Translations under genes and position numbers: made by a program
DNA from: Eledone cirrhosa
Taxonomy: Eukaryota
Length of the DNA: 64,000 nucleotides
Direction: 5' to 3'
NCBI GenBank assembly: GCA_964016885.1
Contig: OZ024750.1
Span: 32,674,001-32,738,000 of the forward strand
The notes under the pieces: model-generated
Seen by the model: only the letters and a program-made list of their open reading frames with translations
What the model was told of the DNA's origin: nothing
The model's database searches: none
Shown: positions 24,613 through 38,205 of the stretch, piece by piece
Layout: the number at the start of each line of letters is the position of its first letter
Numbering within the stretch: the first letter of the stretch is position 1

Positions 24613-25009
24613 TATATAATTATATTTAATGATAGGCTAATTCAATCCAATCTAATCCAATCCAGAGCCTTCTCACTCTTGTTAGGAGAACCCCTCCCTG
24701 GTTGACCTCCAATACTTTCTGTTTGGTTTGGTCATGTCAAGGGTGTAGCTGTACTCAAACTGCTTGACCAGTTATGGGTTAGTGAGGCTATTTGACCCAT
24801 AGTTAGGGTAGATGGCCACAGACACTGAAGAGTACATCTGCCCTTTTTTAACAGCTCTTGGTTTTTGTGCTGCTGAGGTTCCACTTACCCTCCTCACCAG
24901 ACCAGGGTCTGGTGTGAGAGCCAGTTTAGTCACAACCACTCATAGGTTGTACAGGGTAACATAGTACCAGTAGCAGGCAGAAGTCTGACATCACCATAAT
25001 ATGCTAATA

Positions 25010-25478
25010 TAATGGTTTATGATTTAGGCACATGGCCAACAATTTGAGGGCAGAGGAAAGTAGATTAAATCCACCCCAGTGTGTTACAGGTACTTTATTT
25101 TATTAACCCAGTGAGGATGAAAGGCAAAGCTAACCTTGGCGGGATTTGAACTCAGAACATAAAGGGGTGTAACTCTCTGTGCAAAGCATCGTGTTCAATT
25201 GTCTAACAATACCGCCAATCCATTGCCAATATAATAATAAATAAAAGGCTTCTTGTAATATCTAATAGTAACATAGTGGTATCTGCTATGATGGATTGGC
25301 AGTATCAGTGGAGGGTCGGACGCCATGCTTTGACGCGTAGAGTTACGGCCCTTGCCATTCTGAGTTAAAATGCTGCCGAGGTTAACTTTGCCTTTCATCC
25401 TTACGGGGTCGATAAAATAAAGTACCAGTAATACACTGGGTAATTGCTGGTCTTGTGCCAAAAATAGAAACAATTATT
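25010..25478. mobile_element. Head-to-head SINE-B copies (~25010-25230 minus; ~25290-25478 plus)
   Basis: Family match. Confidence 0.75.
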
Positions 25479-27124
25479 AGAATGAGATGTTGGATTAACT
25501 TAGACTAGACTAGAAAGTACATAAAGTACATTTATTCTTGAAAAATCATAAGTTTCTATAGTGTCTCTTTGACCTAAGATTTGCATACATCATGACTCAA
25601 TGTATTCTAAAATCAAATTAATTCAAGGTAAAAATAACTGAAAGGTTAAAAAGATCAACATTAATGTCAAATTATTAGATAAGAAGAGGAGTGGGCAGCT
25701 ATAAGAAAAATGTCATATTAAGAACTACTTTATAATTTCCCTGACATATTAAATGTTTAAGCGATCAAACTGTTAGAAGCAAAGGTTAAACCTCTTTCTT
25801 ACAATATTGTTTTGGGTCCTAAGTTTTTCTAATCAACCTGAATGAAAGATGAATAAAAAATGTCCTAACATGATAGACTGTGTAAATGACATGCAAATAT
25901 AAACACACTTAAAAGATTGTGACATAAATCAGAGGTGAATAATGATTGCCAGCACAGACAAAAATCAATTTAGTGCAAAGTAGTGAGTAATCTCTGTTTT
26001 AGGGCCACAGAGAGAAATAAATCCAAACTCATATTTTGTAAAGGCATATGCTTGAAATTTAAAACAAAAACATGCCTTACTTTTTATTTTCATTTTTATT
26101 CAATATATGCACTTATAATCATACATGTGAAGACATGTGGCTTAGTGGTTAGGGTGTTACAAGTGTCATGGAGTGAATTCATTTGCTGGCCCAGCCAGAC
26201 ACTTCACATTGCTCCAGCTTTCTCAACCATAGAAATGAGTTGTGATGTTACTGGTGCCAAGAATTCTAAAATATCAATAGTCTAGATCTCCAAACTCTAT
26301 CAAGAGAGATACTGCAACACATCCATAGGTATGCCATCCATGGTTGTGCAATCAGCTAATAAAAGATTCATTCTGATGCAATTTCCCAATTCAAATTCAT
26401 ACCGCATCACTTGTCACACTGGCAAAGAAGAAGAGTGTTTTGCTGAGGTCCTATTCCCAGCCATGGTGCCTGAAAAGGCAGCTACAGAATCAACACAAAA
26501 TCTTGTTAATGCTAATAGCCACATAGGATCTATAACAAATGATATTTAAATTATCCTAATAAAGGGAAATTTGAAATTTGTTTTCACAAAGAAGAGAAAC
26601 TCTTGCAGTTTGCTGTTACTGAGTGAAACTTTCCTACATAGGAATTATTTTTTCTATTAATAGTTCAAATAACAATAGAGAGAAATGAAATTTGGTCAAA
26701 TAATTCTCCACTTCATTCTGCTTAATGCTTATTATATGGTTCCATGTTGTCATAGGAGAGGTATATATTCTAATTCAAACAATATTGAAGATAATTTTAA
26801 GAAACTATTATAACATTAGCAAGTTAAATATTTTCATCAAGCTTAAGTAAGTCAAGAAGTGTAATGAGATTTATTCAGAAATGTCAATTGAAAATTTTGA
26901 TCTTTTGAACTTCAGTGCCCTCATTATATTAATAACTTGCATGTCTCAAATCTAGTATTTAAATTTATTTATTGATGATACTCTAAGTAAACTTTACACC
27001 ATCCATCATTACACCACACACCATTTCATCATACATTGTTGCACCACACACCATTACACCATTCATCACTATAGCATTGATAATTACATCATCAATCACT
27101 AAATCACTACACCTACACATATAA

Positions 27125-27190
<66 letters not shown>

Positions 27191-27585
27191 TCTTCTCTTC
27201 TCTCTCTCCTTCTCTCTTTCTCTCTCTCTCTCTCCATCTCTTTTTCTCCCCCTCTTTCTCTGTCTTATGTATTGCAATTAATATGAATATCACAATAAAT
27301 ACAAATACATGCTAAAAGTTAAAATTTCATTTATTAGAAAGAGCTTTGAGAGAATCAGCAATGTTTGTAATCGTGTGGGTATTTCCTCGACTGAGCTCAT
27401 CAGGAACTCAGGTAGTATGTTGGTCAGTACATGACGAATGTGATCCTCTAGCTTAATCAGTATATTTTTAACTATATACTTCTTCCCTCACTCACCCTCA
27501 CATGAAAACATCACATGCCATTAAGTCTTAGACCTTGTTGGTCCAGCCAAAATCTTAGAAATTGGACATGAAGCCACATATGGAC

Positions 27586-27929
27586 ATCATTATTTCATCA
27601 TTTCATTTTACGTCCACTTTTCCCTGCTTGCAAGGGTGGGACGGGAACTGATTCTGGCTTGATTTCTACAGCTGGATGCCCTTCCTAATACCAACCTCAT
27701 TTACAGTGAGTGCTGGGTGCTTTTTTGCCGTGGCACCTCCACGACCACTTTGCAGTGGAATTATAGGGACCCCAGTCCCTATCATCTCATTTCTACAGCT
27801 GAGTAAACTGGAGCAATGTGAAATAAAGTGTCTTGCTCAAGGAAACACCAGATCACTCGGTCTGAGAATTGAACTCACAACCTTTCGATTGCAAGGCCAA
27901 TGCTCTAACCACTAAGCCATGAGCCTCCA
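27586..27929 (-). mobile_element. CORE-type SINE family A
   Basis: Family match. Confidence 0.85.
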
Positions 27930-28426
27930 ACAGTACATGCAAAATGAGTAGGAGCATCATATTCTGCATGATTATGAGATCATTGATGTTGTCTTAAGTG
28001 GTCACAGTCGACCAAAAGTTATAAATAATTTTCAATAGGGAGTTTCTTTCCACCCACCCTGTATATATTTGAGTGTGTGTGTGTGTTAACAGAACACTTG
28101 ACAATGCCAAAGTAGAAATGTAGCTACGAATATAACAGAATTGTTCTTAAAGAAGGAATATTTGGTTAAATAAAATACTTTTGGATTTTTCTGGAAAACA
28201 TCACATTCACATAACAAATTCATCTTTTTTCCTACAGCTGAGTGAAATAGAGCAATGTGAAATAAAGAATCCTGTCTGATACAGAAATTGAACTCTGAAC
28301 TCACAACCTTTAGATTAGGAATCCAATAATCTAACTATTGCTATATATCTTCACTATATACATATACATATACACACAAATTTAAACGATATACACAATT
28401 TTTTTTTATCATATATCTAGCTGAGA

Positions 28427-28472
<46 letters not shown>

Positions 28473-28477
<5 letters not shown>

Positions 28478-28803
28478 AGGCACATGGCTTAGTGGTTAGA
28501 GCATTGGCCTTGCAATCGAAAGGTTGTGAGTTCAATTCTCAGACCGGATGATGTGTTGTTTCCTTGAGCAAGACACTTTATTTCACATTGCTCCAGTTTA
28601 CTCAGCTGTAGAAATGAGATGATAGGGACTGGGGTCCATATCATTCCACTGCAAAGTGATCGTGGAGGTGCCACGGCAAAAAAGCACCCAGCACTCACTG
28701 TAAATGAGGTTGGTGTTAGGAAGGGCATCCAGCTGTAGAAATCGAGTCAGAATCAGTTCCCGTCCCACCCTCGCAAGCAGGGAAAAGCGGATGTAAAATG
28801 AAA
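28473..28803 (+). mobile_element. CORE-type SINE family A inserted in (TA)n
   Basis: Family match with (TA)n on both sides. Confidence 0.85.
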
Positions 28804-28912
28804 AATATATATATATATATATATATAACAACAAATAGTAAATGTACTCACTTAAAGAAAGAATCAAGCCTATAGGCAATTATGGCTTGGTTCCTTCTTT
28901 AAGTTCATTTAT

Positions 28913-29100
28913 TGGTGGATTGGCAGTATCGGTAGAGGGTCGGACGCCATGCTTTCCAGCATAGTTACATCCCTTTACGATCTGAGTTCAAATCCCGCCG
29001 AGGTTGACTTTGCCTTTCATCCTTACGGGGTCGATAAAATAAAGTACCAGTAATGCACTGGGTAATTGCTGGCCTTGTGCCTAAAGTAGAAACAATTATT
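28913..29100 (+). mobile_element. SINE family B
   Basis: Family match. Confidence 0.8.
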
Positions 29101-29932
29101 TGTTATTCTATATGTACCTAATACTAATTGTTTTTCAACTAGTTACATGTAAAAAAACTTTTGTATATCATTTAAATTTATATAAATTATGCTCTGAGCT
29201 TAATGTTTAATGAGCTTTCTTTATTGAGTAACATAATCAACATATATGTTATATGTATAGATTTAACTTAATTATATATTTATATATATATATATATATA
29301 CGTGTATATATATAAAAACATACAGCAAGAGAGAATGGTGGGGAGAAAAATAAAGAAAAGGAAAAACATGGATATTGATATTCATGTATTTAATAAACAT
29401 GATTTAGAAGTGGAAGAAATAGATTTTATCCATGTTTTCACATATTATTACAATATTTTGGAAGATCCAAAGAGTAAGTTTCTCAAACTGACAGAAAAAT
29501 CAATATTAATTTGAAGCAAGTTTATATTCAGTAAATATTTTTTTTTTTATTTCATTTATAAGAAGCTATAATTAGTGGAATGTGAAGAAAAGAAGAATCT
29601 AAGCCCTGTAGCTAAGATGATATATTCTTTTAAAAAATGTATATATTCAACACCAATTATGGTGAAAGCTGAACAGAGTTTTTCTATGACAAAAACATAT
29701 TTTAATGATAACAGGATATTTTAGCTTGTTTTGGTGGAAGGTGCATATAAAAAATACAGACACATATATATATATATATATACATATATATATGCGTATG
29801 TATGATATATATTTATAGTATGGGTGATTCGGTGAATTCTTAGTGGTGGTACCAATATGAGCACTCAATGCACAGGCAGAGAGTATATAAGAAAAAATGA
29901 AGTTTCATTTACATGTTTATATATATATATAT

Positions 29933-30193
29933 AGTTTACTCAGCTGTAGAAATAAGATGATAGGGACTGAGATCCCTACGATTCCACTGTAAAGTGGACG
30001 TGTAGGCGCCACAGCAAAAAAGCACACAGCACTGACTGTAAAAGTGGTTGGTGTTAGGAAGGGCATCCAACTGTAGAAATCAACCCAGAATCAGTTCTCA
30101 TCCCACCCTTGCAAGCAGGGAGAAGCAGGCGTGAAATGAAATGATGAAATGATGATGATATATGTACATATATATATATATATATGTACATAT

Positions 30194-30227
<34 letters not shown>

Positions 30228-30490
30228 CTTCATCATCACCGTTTTACGTCCGTTCTTCCACGCTAGCATGGGTTAGACGGGTTGTCCTGTTGTGGGCAGT
30301 GTCTGGTCGGCTGACCATGCCTTGCTCATACAGGAACTGATATGGCTTGATTTCTACAGCTGGATGCCCTTCCTAACACCAACCTCATTTACAGTGAGTG
30401 CTGGGTGCTTTTTCGTGGCGCCTACATGTCCACTTTACAGTGTGGGCTGGGTGCTTTTTTGCCGTGGCACCTCCACGACCACCTTGCATA
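29933..30490. mobile_element. Truncated SINE-A (plus, 29933-30157) and RTE 3'UTR fragment (minus, 30230-30490), tail to tail
   Basis: Family matches separated by (TA)n/(CA)n. Confidence 0.75.
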
Positions 30491-31428
30491 TATATAGATA
30501 GATATATGCATATATATAAGTACATGTATATGCATACATAAATACATATACATATATTAAAGAGCATAAATATTATACATCTACATGTATTATACATACA
30601 TATATATATATATATTGACACATATTATACAGACAAATATACTAACACAGAAATTGACAGAAAGATATCTTGAATCACTGATAAGCACATTTAGTGAAAT
30701 AGCACACACTTCTATATCTTGACATTTGTCCAGTTACTATGCACTAATTATTTACCTCATACATCCCTTTACTGGCAGAATTATCAATACCATATTCTTT
30801 ACTGTGTGTATCATATTCAATCACGGATACTCTCTCAACAGGGCCAACAATTTTAGGGGAGAGGAAAGTCGATTAAATCGACCCCAATAAAGCACCAGCA
30901 ATCCACAGGGGTCGATTTATTGACTTTCGCCTCTCCTAAAATTGTGGGCATTGAGCCTATAGTAGAAATCATTATTACTAAGTACCAGTAATGCACTGGG
31001 TAATTGCTGGCCTTGTACCTAAAGTAGAAACAATTATTACTATTTCTTTACCACAAATCAATATGGTACATCTAACAGAAGGAACTCACCTTCTCCCTCT
31101 TGAGTACCTGTTAAGTTTGTGCATTACTAGTTTTGTCTCATACAGCCTTCGACTTTTACCACATACCTTATCGGGGTTTGCCTGTGCAAAAAGAGAGAGA
31201 ATGGGAGAGAAAAACCTTTGTGTATGACAACTGAAGAATAACAGTTCTAAAAATGTTTATTTCTTCATCTTTAATATTTTTGTCACAGCTCATAATAAGT
31301 TAATAATTATCAACAATGAATTCATTTATAATCACAAATCTGCAAAAGAAATAGAGATGAATGGATCTGGTGTTAATTCCAAGATTTAACCAATGGCATT
31401 AGACACTGGAAAGCAAAATTCTTTAGGA

Positions 31429-31471
<43 letters not shown>

Positions 31472-31580
31472 TTATTTATTTATATATTTATGACTTCTAC
31501 AGGACTGGAACTGTTTCATTCATATATATAGTAATAATAAACAAAAAAACTAAAATTCAAAGAGGACTTGATAAGTGTTT

Positions 31581-31651
<71 letters not shown>

Positions 31652-32379
31652 GACTGATGAGTTTCAGAAAGATGGTACAATGCAGTAGAAATATATAAAG
31701 AGCAAAGGTTGACAAATAAAACACAACAGAGTAATGTTCAATATTCAACTCCGCTTTGTTATTGAGTACTTATTCTTCAATCGTTTTAGCATCAATCTAC
31801 CCTTATATTCACATGTCTATATCTATACATGAGCAGGGATGTGGTCTAGAGACCAATACTGCCAGATGTCTACACTGGTACAGGCTCAACAACAACCCTA
31901 TCAAAGGCCGGCCAATACTTTGACTGGGTTAAGTTAGAAATGATAAAATACCATTTATTCTGGCCGTCCCATTTTTCTAGATATCGATGTAATAGACTTC
32001 TAATTTTCTCATCTTCATATGTTCTTGACATAAAGATAATAGGTTTCTATTGTTCGCCTCTTAACACCATTTTGTGAAAAGAAAATAGAAAAAAATAAAT
32101 GGAAAGGGTGTAGATAAAAGATGTAAAAAACCAACTAGATATGCTGGTTAGTTTCACATTGATTTTTAATATTCATTTCTGTAGAAAAATATAGAAATAT
32201 TTTGTACTCAATTATAGATATATTCATTTGCTTTCCTTTAAATACAGGCCGTAACTGGTATGGCATTATATATATGTGTATGTATGTGGTAACATAAATG
32301 GGCCTGTTTTTTTATCTAAAGACTTTTTTTTCCAATTCCACCCTGCCCATCCCTTCAATCTATCTAATTTCTCATTCTT

Positions 32380-32414
32380 TCTTCTGATGAAGGACTAGTG
32401 TCCGAAACGTTAAG
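32380..32414 (+). ncRNA. Minimal type-I hammerhead ribozyme motif (Penelope-like)
   Basis: TCTT-CTGATGA-A-GGAC tagt GTCC-GAAACGTT-AAGA: conserved core, 4-bp helix II, palindromic helix III, helix I TCTT/AAGA. Confidence 0.6.
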
Positions 32415-32599
32415 ACACTCTTCCTGCTATTTCAAGTGTTAACCTAATATATTCCTTCTATATACTGTACTGATTGTGTTGTTATTTCTGTTTACCTTTT
32501 ACATACATGTATATATATATAATATTTTTAACTGGTTTCTGATTTTCATAGAATATTGTTGGAACTGAAGGAAACGAATGACAAAAACAGTCAGACAGA

Positions 32600-33240
32600 C
32601 ACATACAATTAATGATATATATCCTGTGTTGGGATTATACAATCATAATGTGTACACACAAACACACATGTATACAATTAATGATATATATCCTGTGTTG
32701 GGATTATACAATCATAATGTGTACACACAAACACACATGTACACAATTAATGATATATATCCTGTGTTGGGATTATACAATCATAATGTGTACACACAAA
32801 CACACATGTATACAATTAATGATATATATCCTGTGTTGGGATTATACAATCATAATGTGTACACACAAACACACATGTATACAATTAATGATATATATCC
32901 TGTGTTAGGATTATACAATCATAATGTGTACACACAAACACACATGTATACAATTAATGATATATATCCTGTGTTATATTTACACAATATTAATGTGTAC
33001 TCTCACAAACACACAAACACACATGCATGTACACAACTAATGATATATGTCCTGTGTTGTAATTACACACTATTAATGTGTTCACAAACACACAAACAAA
33101 CACACATTTGTACACAACTAATGATATATATATATCCTGTGTTGAGATTATACAATCTTAATGCGTACACAAACACATATACACACATATACATGTACAC
33201 AATTAATGATATATTGCCTTGTGTTGAGACTGTAGCATCT
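32600..33240. repeat. 69-bp minisatellite (~5 near-perfect plus ~4 degenerate units)
   Basis: The 23-aa period in ORF 32578-33243 corresponds to a 69-bp DNA unit. Confidence 0.9.
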
Positions 33241-33640
33241 TAATGTGTATTTTAATGAGCATGAGCAAAAAGTGAAAAGTAAAAGTAAATGTAAAATAAA
33301 AAATATTTTTAAAATGAGAGGAAATTCTTGACAGCAACAGCAGCTACAGCAAGTGTAGCAGCAGAAATGATAAAACAGAATCTGATAATGTGTAGATTCT
33401 TGTGAAAGATCTCACACATGATTCATCATAGAATAAAAATAGAGTTAAAAAGATAAAATAGACAACGAAAAAAAGAATATGAAGAGCTTGCGATATCTCT
33501 AAGATTTTGAAGTAAGCTGAAGTATATTAGCTAATTAATGCACCGAGAACTATGTTTGGAGAAATGAGTGCTTTAAGCCCAATATGTTACTCTCCTGTCC
33601 TATTTCTAAGGCCCATTAAAACACAATCTAACATCTAGAG

Positions 33641-33929
33641 CAGTCAGGGGTAACCTGTGACCCATGAAGCTTTCTGAATGGCTCGCCTATGTCACCTAAG
33701 TGAAATCTTTCTGATCTTTTTACCCAACATTTCGATCGTAGTTTATCTTTCTATCATTTTTACGATCAAGGAAAATAACCTGTACGAATTCTGAAGAAAC
33801 AAACCAAAATAACCTGAGTTATCACCCTTTTTTTAGTGTGGGCGCAAATGTAAATTAGCACTTGCGGCCTGCCTGATGATGAGCCATATCTCATGCTGCC
33901 CGCTTCTCAAAAAAGGTTGCCCATGCCTG
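33641..33929. mobile_element. hAT (Charlie-like) MITE
   Basis: Perfect 8-bp TSD ATCTAGAG (33633-33640, 33930-33937) of the NTCTAGAN type; termini CAG...AACC / GGTT...CTG. Confidence 0.75.
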
Positions 33930-33937
33930 ATCTAGAG

Positions 33938-35560
33938 TGACATCCGAATAACTGGCTGTACCAGAACATCTAGAATGACACCTCAATGACTGGCTGTACC
34001 AGAACATCTGGAATGACACCTCAATGACTGGCTGTACCAGAACATCTGGAATGACACCTCAATGACTGGCTGTACCAGAACATCTGGAATGACACCTCAA
34101 TGACTGGCTGTACCAGAACATCTGGAATGACACCTCAATGACTGGCTGTACCAGAACATCTGGAATGACACCTCAATGACTGGCTGTACCAGAACATCTG
34201 GAATGACACCTCAATGACTGGCTGTACCAGAACATCTGGAATGACACCTCAATGACTGGCTGTACCAGAACATCTGGAATGACACCTCAATGACTGGCTG
34301 CACCAGAACATCTGGAATGACACCTCAATGACTGGCTGTACCAGAACATCTGAAATGACACCTCAATGACTGGCTGTACCAGAACATCTGGAATGACACC
34401 TCAATGACTGGCTGTACCAGAACATCTGAAATGACACCTCAATGACTGGCTGTACCAGAACATCTGGAATGACACCTCAATGACTGTCTATACCAGAACA
34501 TCTGGAATGACACCTCAATGACTGGCTGTACCAGAACATCTGGAATGACACCTCAATGACTGGCTGTACCAGAACATCTGGAATGACACCTCAATGACTG
34601 TCTATACCAGAACATCTGGAATGACACCTCAATGACTGGCTGTACCAGAACATCTGGAATGACACCTCAATGACTGGCTGTACCAGAACATCTGGAATGA
34701 CACCTCAATGACTGGCTGCACCAGAACATCTGGAATCACACTTCAATGACTGGCTGTACCAGAATATCTGGAATGACACCTCAATGACTGGCTGTACCAG
34801 AACATCTGGAATCACACTTCAATGACTGGCTGTACCAGAACATCTGGAATGACACCTCAATGACTGGCTGTACCAGAACATCTGGAATGACACCTCAATG
34901 ACTGGCTGTACCAGAACATCTGGAATCACACTTCAATGACTGGCTGTACCAGAATATCTGGAATGACACCTCAATGACTGGCTGCACCAGAACATCTGGA
35001 ATGACACCTCAATGACTGTCTATACCAGAACATCTGGAATGACACCTCAATGACTGGCTGTACCAGAACATCTGGAATGACACCTCAATGACTGGCTGTA
35101 CCAGAACATCTGGAATGACACCTCAATGACTGGCTGTACCAGAACATCTGGAATGACACTTCAATGACTGGCTGTACCAGAACATCTGGAATGACACCTC
35201 AATGACTGTCTGCACCAGAACATCTGGAATGACACCTCAATGACTGGCTGTACCAGAACATCTGGAATCACACTTCAATGACTGGCTGTACCAGAATATC
35301 TGGAATGACACCTCAATGACTGGCTGCACCAGAACATCTGGAATGACACCTCAATGGCTGGCTGCACCAGAACATCTGGAATGACACCTCAATGACTGGC
35401 TGCACCAGAACATCTAGAGTGACACCGAAAAGACTCACTGCATCAGAACATCTAGATTGATACTCTAATGACTCACTGCACCAGATCAAATAGAGTAGTG
35501 ACACCCTTAACAACTGGCTACACCAGAACATCTAGACTAGCACCCTAACAACTGGCTGGG
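33938..35560. repeat. 38-bp minisatellite (~42 units)
   Basis: Unit ACTGGCTGTACCAGAACATCTGGAATGACACCTCAATG; homogeneous centre, degenerate edges. Confidence 0.95.
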
Positions 35561-35768
35561 CCAGAAAATCTTGTGTGGCATCCCCTGTAGGAAAGTGAAA
35601 TAAAAAGTCTTGCTCAAGGACATAATGCACCACTATGAATTGAACTCTTGACCTTACAATTGTGAAACTAACACAATATCCACTAAACTGAACATCTTCA
35701 CAATTGACAAAGTACACACTGGTTTAAATAAAGAAAATGGAAGGAGAGAAAGAGGTGGAGGCAGAGAG

Positions 35769-35800
<32 letters not shown>

Positions 35801-35804
35801 CTGT

Positions 35805-35854
<50 letters not shown>

Positions 35855-36159
35855 GGAGGAGGAGGAGGGGAGGAGGAGTAGGAGGAGGTAGAAGAGCACC
35901 ATGTCAAATAAGATAGTAAAGAATAACAAACAAGTGAACATATGTAGACAGGTGATGGAATCCAGGCAGCTCTACAAGGAATATGATAAAAGAGATTTAG
36001 AAGAGTTCATAAAATAAAGATACTGTACGCTGACATTAATCATACAGGAGTTGTATTATCATTAAAGTTCATTGTTAATCTCTACCTACATTTAATATGT
36101 TCTTGTTTGGTCTTAATGCTTTGCTCTGTTCTTGACCTTGCATTAGATACGAGTTTGTG

Positions 36160-36730
36160 TTTCTGTGTGTGGAGTGTGTGTATGTGTGTGTATGTGTGTG
36201 TGTGTGTGTGTGTGTGCATATGCGAGTGTATGTAGGTGCATGTGTCTGTGTGTGTGTGTTTGTGTGTCTGTGTGTGTGTGTGTGTGTGCATATGTGAGTG
36301 TATGTATGTGCATGCGTCTGTCTGTGTGTATGTGTCCGTGTTTGTGTGTGTGTGCATATGCGAGTGTATGTAGGTGCATGTGTCTGTGTGTGTGTGTAGG
36401 TGTGTGTCTGTGTGTGTGTGTGTGTGTGTGCATATGTGAGTGTATGTGCATGTGTGTGTGTGTGTGTGTGTGTCTGTGTGTGTGTGCGTGTGTGCATATG
36501 TGAGTGTATGTAGGTGCATGTGTCTGTGTGTGTGTGTTTGTGTGTCTGTGTGTGTGTGTGTGTTTGCATATGTGACTGTATGTATGTGCATGTGTGTGTG
36601 TGTGTGTGTCTGTGTGCCTGTGTGTGTGTGTGTTTGCATATGTGAGTGTATGTATGTGCATGTGTGTGTGTGTGTGTATTTGCATATGAGAGTGTATCTA
36701 TGTGCATGTGTGTATGTGTGTGTGTGTGGT
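36160..36730. repeat. Compound (TG)n repeat
   Basis: Directly visible. Confidence 0.9.
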
Positions 36731-36913
36731 GTTGAATAATTTTGTAGTACAGATGAAGGAAACAGGGGGATGTTTGCAATATACAGAGCTGGATTATTTT
36801 CCTAAATGAAGATCTCACGTGCAGAAGTGGAAGGGCTCAAGCTAAGCCTAATGCAGGATTGAAAAACACTGGTTGCAGCGAAACCATGTTGAAGATACTA
36901 TCTACTAATATAT

Positions 36914-37492
36914 AATTGTTTCTACTTTTGGCACAAGGCCAGCAATTATCCCAGTGTATTACTGGTGCTTTATTTTATCGACCCCTTAAGGATGAAAGGC
37001 AGAGTTAACCTCGGCGGGATTTGAACTCAGACCGTAATGGGCCGTAACTCTTTACTGCAAAGCATGGTGTTCAACCCTCTACCGATACTACTTGTGTTTT
37101 TGTCCATCACGCGAAGGGAGTAAACTCATCTATGTTTGAGTATATAAATATAAATACATACATATGGAGGCACATGGCTTAGTGGTTAGAACATCGGCCT
37201 TGCAATCGAAAGGTTGTGAGTTCAATTCTCAGACCGGGTGATGTGTTGTTTCCTTGAGCAAGACACTTTATTTCACATTGCTCCAGTTTACTCAGCTGTA
37301 GAAATGAGATGATAGGGACTGGGGTCCCTATCATTCCACTGCAAAGTAGTCGTGGAGGTGCCACGGCAAAAAAGCACCCAGCACTCACTGTAAATGAGGT
37401 TGGTGTTAGGAAGGGCATCCAGCTATAGAAATCAAACCGTCCCACCCTTGCAGGCAGGGAAAAGCGGACGTAAAATGATGATGATGATGATG
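36914..37492. mobile_element. SINE-B (minus, 36914-37090) and SINE-A (plus, 37165-37492)
   Basis: Family matches. Confidence 0.8.
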
Positions 37493-38151
37493 ATATACAT
37501 AAACAGATACATTATACAAAATAATGATTACATACACACACATCTATGTGATGAGTGTGGAAGGAAGGAGGCTGGGACAAATTATAGAAAACAGAGAACA
37601 GCATTCGCTACACCTGTGTTACCCATACATATAAATGTATACATATGCACACACACACATACTCACACACATATGTGTGTATATGTAATGAATATTTTTA
37701 ACTAGTGTTCTTAGATTGGTTACTCTTTTGTGAGTGTATGTGTGTGTATGTGTTGTTCAAGGAGCCAAGTCCCTAGCAATATTGAAATAAATTAGAATTA
37801 TCAAGAATATAAAACAACCGCAGTTGAAAGGTATTTACAAATACACATCTACCCTTTAGCCCTCATTTTTTAGGGCACGAGGACAGCTAGTACTATTATA
37901 TATAACGAATGAAATGTGGTAAGGAACCAGATAGACCATAACGCACCAAAGTACTCAATACTTAGGGTAGTAGAGTGGGTAATGAGCTCAGCCGTCGGGT
38001 CCTACTTGTTCCTATATATATATATGTATGTAAGCAGAAGGGATATTTAATTCAACAAATATAAATGTTTATAACTGGAAAATTCAAGGAAAATTCAACT
38101 GATAAGGTATGTTCCTTGGCTATGTCAAAATTTATAAAACACACTTTGTAT

Positions 38152-38205
38152 TTTATCTGATGAAAGCGTACCAAAGTTTTTGGTACCCTTGAAATATATA
38201 TAATA
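38152..38205 (+). ncRNA. Hammerhead-like motif (Penelope-like)
   Basis: CTGATGA, long helix II AAG-C-GTACCAAA...TTTGGTAC-C-CTT, then GAAATATA; helix I is weak; TATAAAA about 25 bp upstream. Confidence 0.45.

Noticed and set aside
27370-27410. Minus-strand CTGATGA-GCTC..GAG-GAAA
   Set aside because: Helix III and helix I could not be formed convincingly.
32578-33243. 221-aa repetitive ORF
   Set aside because: Arises from a 69-bp stop-free tandem unit; no splice signals or domain features.
33310-33560. Possible gag-like relic upstream of the DIRS fragments (also ~35930-36100 and 36740-36900)
   Set aside because: Purine-rich and coding-like, but no recognisable motif after translation.
33938-35560. 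CRISPR-like array (38-bp repeats with internal palindrome)
   Set aside because: Units are head-to-tail with no unique spacers, there are no cas genes, and the context is eukaryotic.
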